32,000 nt of DNA from Alkalilimnicola ehrlichii MLHE-1 (lineage in GTDB: Bacteria; Pseudomonadota; Gammaproteobacteria; Nitrococcales; Halorhodospiraceae). The notes beneath the pieces are model-generated. The model did not search any database and was not told the DNA's origin. It saw only the letters and a list, made by a program, of their open reading frames with translations. Below are positions 9,301 through 17,351 of the stretch, one piece after another (the stretch's first letter is position 1; every line of letters begins with the position of its first letter). The stretch spans positions 3,150,001 through 3,182,000 of the forward strand of contig NC_008340.1 in NCBI RefSeq assembly GCF_000014785.1, written 5' to 3'. The position numbers and the translations under genes were made by a program.

Positions 9301-11149
9301 CATCCGCCTGGTGGCGGCCTTCGACCACCGCCACATCTTCATCGACCCCGACCCCGATGCCGAAACCGGCTACGCGGAACGGGAGCGCCTGTTCCGCCTG
9401 CCCCGCTCCTCCTGGGCGGACTACGACAAGGCCCTCATCTCCGAGGGTGGCGGGGTATGGCCGCGCAGCGCCAAATCCATCCCCCTGACTCCGCAGGTCC
9501 GCCAGGTGCTGCAGATCGATGCCCAGCAGCTCACCCCAGCGGAGCTGATCCGCGCCATTCTCGCCGCCCCCCTGGACCTGCTCTGGAACGGCGGCATCGG
9601 CACCTATGTGAAGGCCAGCGCCGAGAGCCACACCGATGTGGGCGACCGCAGCACCGAGGACACCCGCATCGATGCCAGCGAGCTGCGGGTCAAGGTCTTC
9701 GGCGAAGGCGGCAACCTGGGGATCACCCAGCGCGGCCGCATCGAGTTCGCGCGCCGCGGCGGGCATATCAACACCGACGCCATCGACAACTCCGGTGGTG
9801 TCGACTGCTCCGACCACGAGGTCAACATCAAGATCCTGCTCAAGGAGGTGGTGGACGACGGCGACCTCACCGTCAAGCACCGCAACCAGTTGCTCGAGGA
9901 CATGACCGAATCGGTGGCCGAGTTGGTGCTGGCGGACAACTACGCCCAGACCGGCGCCCTGTCACTGGCGGAAGCCGCCGCCCCGGAGTTGCTCAACGAG
10001 CAGGTCCGCTTCATCCGCCGGCTGGAGCGGGACGGTCGGCTGAACCGCCGACTGGAGGCACTACCCGACGAGGAAGAGCTGGCCGAGCGGGCCGCCGCCG
10101 CACAGGGCCTTACCCGGCCGGAGACAGCGGTGCTGCTGGCCTACGGCAAGATCGTCGCCCAGGAGGCCCTGGCCCACTCCGATCTGCCGGAGGAGGCCTG
10201 GCTGCAGGACGTGTTGCACGCCTACTTCCCCGCCCCGATCCGTGAACGCTGGGGTGACCGGATCGCCAGCCACCGGCTGCGCCGGGAGATCATCGCCACC
10301 CAGGTGGCCAACCTGTTGATCAACCGCCTGGGGCCCACCTTTTTCTTCCGCATGGGGGAGAAGGCCAGCGCCCCCGCCGACGCCGTGACCCGGGCGGCCT
10401 ACGCGGCGATGGAGGTCTTCGCCCTGGACGGTCTGTGGCGGGCGGTCTGCGCCCTGGACACCCGGGTGGCGGCCAGCCACCAGCGGACGATGCTCAGCAC
10501 CGTGCAGGCACTGCATGAGCGGGCCACGCTCTGGCTGCTGCGCAACCTGGGCACGCGACTGGACATCGGCGAGACCGTCCAGCGCATGCAACCCCAGGTG
10601 GCCAACCTGCAGCCCCGGCTGCTGGCCCTGCTACCAATACAGGACCGCGAGGAGCTGGAGGGCCGTGCCGGGACCCTGGCGTCCGGGGACGTCCCCGCGG
10701 AACTAGCGCGCCAGGCGGGCACCCTGGAGGCGCTCTACCCCGCGCTGGACCTGGTCAAGGTGGCCCAGGAGACGGACTGCGACCTGGAGCGGGTGGCCGC
10801 ACTCTACTTCGGCCTGGCCCAGCAGCTGGGGCTGGATTGGCTACGCCGTGCCATCACCAGCTTCGTCCCGGCCGACGCCTGGCAGGAGCGGCTACGCCTG
10901 GGCCTGGAAGAGGACTACTACCAGCATCTGCGCGAGCTGACCCGCGACCTGGTGCGCGACAGCGACCCGGCGGCCGCACCAGAGGAGTGTCTGTCGCAGT
11001 TCCTCAGCGACTTCGGCCCGGCGGTGGACCGGGTCGAGCAGCTGCTCTCGGAGCTGCGCTCGGTGGGCCACGTGGAGCTGCCGATGCTGGCGGTGACCAC
11101 CCAGGAGCTGAAGAACCTGGCCCAGGCCGGGGCGGCCTCCGGGCCTTGA
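6314..11149 (+). CDS. gdhB: NAD-specific glutamate dehydrogenase, large (about 180 kDa) bacterial type
   Basis: 1611 aa from ATG 6314, preceded by GGGAGGAAG. The central catalytic block is [40 protein letters not shown] ... [13 protein letters not shown] ... [13 protein letters not shown], flanked by long N- and C-terminal extensions. This is the characteristic Bac_GDH architecture. Confidence 0.93.
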   Translation: [1611 protein letters not shown]

Positions 11150-11182
11150 TGCGCCCCGTGCACCGGCACCCGCCCCGGTCAC

Positions 11183-12343
11183 TCAAACGCAGTGTGCGGC
11201 CATCAGCGGCACTCGCATCTCCGCGCCGCTGGTGCCGCCATGCACCCCGATCTGGGAGAATGGCTCATCGCCGCTGAGCCGCTGGTGGATCACCCGGTTG
11301 TCACGCATCACCAGCACATAGTCGCCCAACCGCCCCGACAGCCGGGGGTGGGCCGGGCCAGGCCCCAGCCACCCCGCCTGCAGCAATTCCCCAGGGGTGT
11401 GGACATCACACCAGCCCGCAAGCGGCCCCTGCACGTAGTTGAGGAAGTCCTCCTCCCGCCCCGGGCGGACATAGCAATAGGCGGCCCGGGGCTCACCGCA
11501 GATGGGCAGCGCCAGGGTCTCCTCCAGCGCGGGATGGTCGGCCACCTCCAGCACCCCGTCCGGGGTGATGTCGATAAGCCCGTGGTCGGCGGTGACCAAC
11601 AACAGGGTGTCGGTGCCGGCCAGCTCCCGGCGCAGCTCGTCGAAGGCGGCGTCCAGGGCGGCGAAGTGGGCCTGGACCTCGGTGCTGGCCATCCCGTATT
11701 GGTGGGCCAGGCTGTCCAGGCGGGGCCAATAGGCATAGATGTACTGGCGCCCGCCCGCCGACTGCACCAGCCCCGCCACCGTGTCGACATAGTCCGCCAG
11801 GTCCGCCACCCCGTGCCGCCAGGCCAGCCCCCCGGTGGCCAGGTTGTAGGTGGAGTCGGCGATCTCCGCCGGCATCACCAGGTGGGTCTCAGCGTCGAGC
11901 AGATTGGCCAGCGGCGGCTGCTCCAGCACCCGCACGGCGTCCGGATCCACCTCGGCGATGGACTCACGGGTGACCCGGTCGCGGAAGGGCAGTATGGTGC
12001 AGACCCGGCCCAGCTCCTCCAGGTACATGTGCCAGCCGGTGACCCCGTGCTGGCGCGGGGTCAAGCCGGTGGCAAAGCTGGTCACGGCGATGGCGGTGGC
12101 GGAGGGGAAGACCGAGGTGAGTTCGCCCAGCAGGTGTTGGCGCAGCAAGGCATCGCGATGCCCGGCCAGATACTCATAGCCCAGCCCGTCCAGCATCAGC
12201 AAAACCACGTGGCGGGCCCGGCCGATCTGATGCGCCGGCAGCAGTCGCGCCTCCGGGATGCCAATCCGCGGCGCCCCCAGGCCCCGGCTGATGCTGGCCA
12301 TCAGATTGACGATGCTGCCGCCGCGATAATCGGGCAAGATCAT
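11183..12343 (-). CDS. Alkaline phosphatase superfamily protein (type I phosphodiesterase / nucleotide pyrophosphatase-like)
   Basis: Metal-site motifs LLMLDGLGYEYL, FPSATAIAVTSFATGLTPRQHGVTGW and LLLVTADHGLID. The start is placed at ATG 12341-12343 (MILPDYRGG) because AAGGGG lies 8 nt upstream. The GTG at 12394 has no SD sequence but cannot be excluded. Confidence 0.8.
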   Translation of the reverse strand: MILPDYRGGSIVNLMASISRGLGAPRIGIPEARLLPAHQIGRARHVVLLMLDGLGYEYLAGHRDALLRQHLLGELTSVFPSATAIAVTSFATGLTPRQHGVTGWHMYLEELGRVCTILPFRDRVTRESIAEVDPDAVRVLEQPPLANLLDAETHLVMPAEIADSTYNLATGGLAWRHGVADLADYVDTVAGLVQSAGGRQYIYAYWPRLDSLAHQYGMASTEVQAHFAALDAAFDELRRELAGTDTLLLVTADHGLIDITPDGVLEVADHPALEETLALPICGEPRAAYCYVRPGREEDFLNYVQGPLAGWCDVHTPGELLQAGWLGPGPAHPRLSGRLGDYVLVMRDNRVIHQRLSGDEPFSQIGVHGGTSGAEMRVPLMAAHCV

Positions 12344-12415
12344 ACCTTCATCCCCTTCTGCCGCCACGGTGCCTACAGTGGCAGTATGTGACACATTCCG
12401 GTATCCACTGAATTT

Positions 12416-13201
12416 ATGACTGAAATACTCAGACTAAACAAGACGGAACGCGGTGACGGCCCGCCGCTGCTGATCCTGCACGGCCTCTACGGCTCCAGCG
12501 CCAACTGGTCCCGGCACGCCCGCTGGCTGGCCGAGCGCCACCGGGTCATTCTGCCGGACCTGCGCAACCACGGTCGCTCACCCCACCACCCACGGATGGA
12601 CTATCCGGCCATGGCCGCCGATCTGGTCCAGCTGCTGGACGACTGCGGCTGCGCACAGGCACTGGTGATGGGCCACAGCATGGGCGGCAAGGCCGCCATG
12701 GCCCTGGCCCTGGAGCATCCGGAGCGCGTCTCCGGGCTGGTGGTTGCCGATATCGCCCCGGTCGACTACGGCACCGAGGACCACGGCCACGACGGTATAC
12801 TGGCCGCCATGGCCGGGGTGGACCTGGACGGCATCAGCCACCGTGAGCAGGTGGATACCGCCCTGGCTGAAGCGGTGGACAGCCCCATGGTGCGCCAGTT
12901 CCTGCTCACCAACCTGCAGCGGGGCGAGCAGGGCTGGGAGTGGCGCATCCCGGTGGCGATCCTGCGCCAGGCGCTGCCCACCCTGATGGGGTTCCCCGAC
13001 TATGACGGCCAGTACGCCGGACCGGCGCTGTTTATCCACGGCGAGCGCTCGGGCTACGTGCAGGCGGCACAGACGGACGCCATCCGCCGTCTCTTCCCGC
13101 ACGCCGAGATCACCGCCGTGGCCGGGGCCGGCCACTGGCTGCACGTGGAGCAACCGGAGCGCTTCGCCGAGGCCCTGGACGCCTGGCTGCGCCGACGCTG
13201 A
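12416..13201 (+). CDS. Alpha/beta hydrolase (YbfF-like esterase)
   Basis: PPLLILHGLYGSSANW, DLRNHGRSPH, nucleophile elbow GHSMGG, and the C-terminal GAGHWLHVEQPERF (catalytic His). Confidence 0.85.
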   Translation: MTEILRLNKTERGDGPPLLILHGLYGSSANWSRHARWLAERHRVILPDLRNHGRSPHHPRMDYPAMAADLVQLLDDCGCAQALVMGHSMGGKAAMALALEHPERVSGLVVADIAPVDYGTEDHGHDGILAAMAGVDLDGISHREQVDTALAEAVDSPMVRQFLLTNLQRGEQGWEWRIPVAILRQALPTLMGFPDYDGQYAGPALFIHGERSGYVQAAQTDAIRRLFPHAEITAVAGAGHWLHVEQPERFAEALDAWLRRR

Positions 13202-13273
13202 CCGGCGGGCGCCGGTCCGTACTCCGCAACCTGACGCTCACCCTCCGAGATCCGACAGGAACACCCGAAACCG

Positions 13274-14050
13274 ATGAAACTCGCATCCTGGAACGTCAAC
13301 TCACTGAAAGTCCGGCTGCCCCAGGTTCTCGATTGGCTGGAGAGCCGCCAGCCCGACCTGGTCGGCCTGCAGGAGACGAAACTGACCGATGAACGCTTCC
13401 CCGCCGAGGCCCTGAACGAGGCCGGCTACCAGGTGGCCTACGCCGGCCAGCCGACCTACAACGGGGTGGCCGTGCTCGCCCGCGGCCGGGCGCCGGAGGC
13501 CGTGATCCGCGACATCCCCGGTCTGGATGACCCGCAGCGCCGGGTCCTGGGCGTCACCGTGGGTGACCTGCGGTTCATCAATCTCTATGTCCCGAACGGT
13601 TCCGAGGTGGGCTCGGAGAAGTACGCCTACAAGCTCGACTGGCTGGCCCGGCTGGCCGACTGGCTGGCCGAGGAACGCCGCCGCCACGACAAGCTGGTGG
13701 TGGTCGGCGACTTCAACATCGCGCCCGACGACCGCGATGTGCACGACCCGGAGCTCTGGCGCGAGAAGGTCCTCTGCTCCACCCCAGAGCGTGAGGCCCT
13801 GCGCCGGCTCACCGGCGAGCTCGGGCTGACCGACACCTTCCGGTTGTTCGATCAGCCGGAGAAGGTCTGGTCCTGGTGGGACTACCGGATGAACAACTTC
13901 AAGCGCAATCGGGGCCTGCGCATCGACCTGGTGCTCGCCAGCCCGGCCCTGTACCAGGCCTGTACCTCCAGCTATGTGGATCGCGAGCCCCGCACCTGGG
14001 AGCGGCCGTCGGACCATGCCCCGGCGGTGGCCGAGTTCAACCTGGACTGA
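13274..14050 (+). CDS. xthA: Exodeoxyribonuclease III
   Basis: [62 protein letters not shown]: the full ExoIII/APE motif set at the expected 258 aa. Confidence 0.93.
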   Translation: MKLASWNVNSLKVRLPQVLDWLESRQPDLVGLQETKLTDERFPAEALNEAGYQVAYAGQPTYNGVAVLARGRAPEAVIRDIPGLDDPQRRVLGVTVGDLRFINLYVPNGSEVGSEKYAYKLDWLARLADWLAEERRRHDKLVVVGDFNIAPDDRDVHDPELWREKVLCSTPEREALRRLTGELGLTDTFRLFDQPEKVWSWWDYRMNNFKRNRGLRIDLVLASPALYQACTSSYVDREPRTWERPSDHAPAVAEFNLD

Positions 14051-14056
14051 CGCCCC

Positions 14057-14800
14057 ATGCTGCGTACCCTGCTCAAAGGCCTGATCATCCTCTGGTGGCA
14101 GAAGTACTGGCTGCTGGGGACCGTGGCCGTGGTGCTGGGGGGCACCGGGGCCTACCACCTGATCAGTCAACCGGTCTACGAGAGCCAGGCGGTCATCAAC
14201 ACCGGGCTGCCGCCCGAGCTGAATGATTACGCCGAGGAAACCGACGCGCTGATCCAGCGTTTCCTGATCGCCGAGGGCCTGGAGGACGACCCCGCCCTGC
14301 ACCGCCTGGAGGCCGGCGATGGGCGCGTGCGGCTGTGGGTCCGGGCCGGTGCACCCGACGAGGCGGCGGTGCTCGCTGAGGACCTGGCGAGGGGATTGCT
14401 GCGCGCGTTCCGGGGCCACCACCACGGGCAACGCACCCGGCTGGAGGAGGACCTGGAGAGCCTGGACCGCCGCATCAGCGACCTGCGCAGCAGCCTGCGC
14501 CGGCTCTCCGCCGAACGCCCGGAGGAGGCCGACAACCTCTACCTGGCCACCCGCGCCCTGGTGGAGGACAGCGGTCAGGCACGGCTGGGCCGACTGCAAG
14601 CGGAGCGGGAGGCGCTGGCCGGGCAATTGGCCCGCCTGGAGCAACCCGGCCCCGGCCTGCTACGGGCGCCGGAGCCGCCGCGCCGGCCCAGCCAGCCGGA
14701 CTATGCGCAGCTCTGGCGGGTGGCCGGCACGCTGGCGGCGGTGCTGGGCCTGCTCAGCGTGGTGCTGGCCCAGCAACGGACCAACCGCCAGCAACACTGA
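14057..14800 (+). CDS. Short Wzz-like (polysaccharide co-polymerase architecture) membrane protein
   Basis: N-terminal TM (YWLLGTVAVVLGGTGAY) followed by SQPVYESQAVIN, resembling the Wzz N-terminal block. A central Arg/Glu/Leu-rich, probably coiled-coil region follows. A proline-rich segment (PEPPRRPSQPDY) lies directly before a C-terminal TM (VAGTLAAVLGLLSVVLA). The call rests on architecture, not on strong sequence identity. Confidence 0.5.
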   Translation: MLRTLLKGLIILWWQKYWLLGTVAVVLGGTGAYHLISQPVYESQAVINTGLPPELNDYAEETDALIQRFLIAEGLEDDPALHRLEAGDGRVRLWVRAGAPDEAAVLAEDLARGLLRAFRGHHHGQRTRLEEDLESLDRRISDLRSSLRRLSAERPEEADNLYLATRALVEDSGQARLGRLQAEREALAGQLARLEQPGPGLLRAPEPPRRPSQPDYAQLWRVAGTLAAVLGLLSVVLAQQRTNRQQH

Positions 14801-14803
14801 GCC

Positions 14804-14821
14804 GGCGGGCCGGGGCCCGCC
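14804..14821. terminator. GC-rich hairpin between convergent genes (candidate bidirectional terminator)
   Basis: GGCGGGCC-GG-GGCCCGCC lies in the 26-bp gap between the Wzz-like stop (14800) and the channel-gene stop (14827). There is no U-tract. Confidence 0.35.
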
Positions 14822-14826
14822 CCCGG

Positions 14827-17232
14827 TCAATCACCCTCCTCGTCGTAGTCCTCCCACTGCTTCGGGTTGGTCCGGGCCTCCCTCGGGTCCACCTCCGGCC
14901 TGTCGGGCCCCTCGTCCTGAGGCCTGTCGGCCCCCTCGCCCTGCGGCCGGGCGGAACCCTGGGCGGCGGCCGACGGCACCCCGCCGGCCGCCGCCAGCCC
15001 CCCCAGCAGCTTGACGTTGGCATTGACCGGCGGCGCGGCACCCTCCTTGTCCTCGCCGAAATAGAGCGTCAGATGGGGGAAGGGGATCTCGATGCCGGCG
15101 GCATCCAGATGGCGCTTCACCAGCCGGTTGTAGGCACGGCCCACCGCCCATTGCGCCCCACCCACGGTCTTGATGCGCACGCGGATGTTGATGGAGCTAT
15201 CGGCCAGTGCGGTGACCCCATGCACCTCCAGCTCCGGTTCCAGGATATTCGGGCCGTGATCCGGATCCTCCAGCAGTTCGGCGAAGGCCGCCCGCAGGTG
15301 GCTGATAGTCTCATCGATGTCCTCGCGGTAGGCCACACCGTAGACGCCCACGTGATAGGCGTACTCCCGGTTGAAGTTGGAGACGCTGTCCACCGAGGAA
15401 AAGGGCACGATGTGGAAGGTCCCGGAGAGGTCCCGGATACCCACCGAACGGATGGTCAGCGTCTCCGCCGTGCCGGTGATGCCGGCGGCGGTAACCACGT
15501 CACCGGTGTTGATCGCATTCTCCAGTTGGATGAACACCCCGGTGATGATGTCCTGCACCAGCTTCTGTGCGCCGAAGCCGATGGCCAGGCCCAGCACACC
15601 GGCGCCGGCGATCAACGGGCCGATGTTGATACCGATCTCCGCCAGCACGATCATCAGCGTGATGGTGAGCAGCGCCACCGCGATGGCATTGCGGAAGATG
15701 GTGAGCAGGGTGCGCTCCCGCGCGCCCGGCTCGCCGACCCCGGTCTGCGGGTTCAGCCGGTGCTCGATCCAGCTGGCCACGGCGATCCACAGCAGCACGG
15801 ATGCCGCCAGGATGATCGCCACGGTCACTGCCTTGAGCACCACCGCCCCGCCGGTATCCGACGCCAGCCAGGCGGTGAAGTTGAACACCGCCCAGGCGTC
15901 CAACACCATCGCCAGTACCACGAGGAGGATGGCGGCCCGCACCACCTTCAGCGAACTCGGCACGAAGGCATTGAGACGCGACTCCAGCAGCGGGAAACGC
16001 TCCCGGGTCTCGGCCGGCACCCGCACCCCGCGGCTGATCAGTTGGGTCAACACCACCGAGATCAACACCCCCACGCCGACCACCAGCAGGGTCTGCAGCG
16101 TCGCCTGGGCCATGAAAGGCAACGCGTCCTCCGGATGGGTGATGGTGACGATGGCGAGCGCCGCGAAGTAGGCGATGGCGAGCAGGTGCCAGAGCTCGGC
16201 CAGGGTGGAGAGCAGCACCTTAGTGAAACCCAGCTCCGCCCGGCGGGCCTGGGCCTGCACCCGATCATGCACCTGCTTGCGGTTCTGCAGGATGATCACC
16301 AGGGCATTGATGAAGGCGGCGAACATCACCAGGAGCCCCACGGCGCGGCCGATGCCCGGAGAGACGGCGATATTGACGATGGGCACCACCACCAGCATGC
16401 CGTAACCGATGAAGCCGGCCAGGCGCGCCAGCCAGGCGTTCCAGTAGGCCGCGTCCTCGGCGGCGATGGGCAGCAGGCGCAGGGCGTCGTTGCGTGCCGC
16501 GAACACCACCCGCAGCAGCGCCTTGAACACCTCCACCAGCAGGAAAGCGTTGAGGAACAGGGAGTGGCGGGTGTCCATAACCCCGGCGTCGCCGAACACG
16601 AACAGCGACAGGCTGTAGCCCGCCACCCAGGCCACCAGGATCACCAGCAGGTCGATGGCCGCCGCCACCACGATGGCCACGGCCCGCCAGAGCATGCCCA
16701 CCAGGCTGACGAAGCGCGACCCGGCCTGGCGCTGATATTGCTCCGCCTCTTGTTTCGCGGCCCAGGCGCTGATCCAGTCAAACAACGGCCGGGCCAGGCG
16801 GCGCATCAGCAGGAACGCCGCCACCGTGGCGACAATGAGCAGGAGCAGGTCCAGCAGCCCCTCGCCCAGTTGCGACAGCGCCGGCCCCAGGCCCTCATCG
16901 GCGATCCCGGCAAAGGCCTGGCCGGCCCCGCGGAACTCCGCCACGGCGCTCTGGGCAAAGCCCTGGGTCAGCTCGGCTACCTGCCGGGCCAGGGAGATTG
17001 GCGCCGGCACATCCGCCTCCGGGGCCTCCTCGCGGGCGGTATCCAGGCCCCGCAGTTCCTCAATAAGGCGGGCGCGCGCCTCGTCATCCTCAAGGATCTC
17101 GGCCAGCCGCGCACTCGGTGACTCCCCCGGCTCACTGGCAGGCGCAGGATGGACCACCAATAGCAGAGACAACAGCAGGCCGAAGAGCAGCGGCCAAGAG
17201 AACATATGGCGGCACAGGGGGATTCGAGTCAC
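14827..17232 (-). CDS. Large mechanosensitive ion channel, MscS family (MscK/MscM-like)
   Basis: 801 aa. GTG 17230-17232 is preceded by GGAG at 6 nt spacing. It has a signal-peptide-like N-terminus, a periplasmic domain, about 10 TM helices, and the MscS pore/beta domain GFGAQKLVQDIITGVFIQLENAINTGDVVTAAGITGTAETLTIRSVGIRDLSGTFHIVPFS. The acidic, Pro-rich C-terminal tail contains a tandem repeat. Confidence 0.9.
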   Translation of the reverse strand: MTRIPLCRHMFSWPLLFGLLLSLLLVVHPAPASEPGESPSARLAEILEDDEARARLIEELRGLDTAREEAPEADVPAPISLARQVAELTQGFAQSAVAEFRGAGQAFAGIADEGLGPALSQLGEGLLDLLLLIVATVAAFLLMRRLARPLFDWISAWAAKQEAEQYQRQAGSRFVSLVGMLWRAVAIVVAAAIDLLVILVAWVAGYSLSLFVFGDAGVMDTRHSLFLNAFLLVEVFKALLRVVFAARNDALRLLPIAAEDAAYWNAWLARLAGFIGYGMLVVVPIVNIAVSPGIGRAVGLLVMFAAFINALVIILQNRKQVHDRVQAQARRAELGFTKVLLSTLAELWHLLAIAYFAALAIVTITHPEDALPFMAQATLQTLLVVGVGVLISVVLTQLISRGVRVPAETRERFPLLESRLNAFVPSSLKVVRAAILLVVLAMVLDAWAVFNFTAWLASDTGGAVVLKAVTVAIILAASVLLWIAVASWIEHRLNPQTGVGEPGARERTLLTIFRNAIAVALLTITLMIVLAEIGINIGPLIAGAGVLGLAIGFGAQKLVQDIITGVFIQLENAINTGDVVTAAGITGTAETLTIRSVGIRDLSGTFHIVPFSSVDSVSNFNREYAYHVGVYGVAYREDIDETISHLRAAFAELLEDPDHGPNILEPELEVHGVTALADSSINIRVRIKTVGGAQWAVGRAYNRLVKRHLDAAGIEIPFPHLTLYFGEDKEGAAPPVNANVKLLGGLAAAGGVPSAAAQGSARPQGEGADRPQDEGPDRPEVDPREARTNPKQWEDYDEEGD
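14897..14944 (-). repeat. Two tandem copies of a 24-bp in-frame repeat in the channel C-terminal tail
   Basis: GGCCTGTCGGGCCCCTCGTCCTGA (14897-14920) and GGCCTGTCGGCCCCCTCGCCCTGC (14921-14944), about 20 of 24 identical. They encode RPQGEGAD / RPQDEGPD on the minus strand. Confidence 0.8.
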
Positions 17233-17262
17233 GGGCCACTCCGCATTGTTGTTGGAGATTCG

Positions 17263-17286
17263 GGGCGGCGCGGAAGCGCGCCGCCC
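17263..17286 (-). terminator. Perfect 10-bp GC hairpin downstream of the malonyl-CoA decarboxylase gene
   Basis: GGGCGGCGCG-gaag-CGCGCCGCCC lies 66 nt after the stop at 17352 and upstream of the channel-gene start. There is no clear U-tract, so intrinsic terminator function is not established. Confidence 0.4.
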
Positions 17287-17351
17287 GGAGCCACTCCGTG
17301 AAGGCTATGGGCTTTCCGGTGAATCCGCAACGATGGCCGCGCCCGCGGGCC

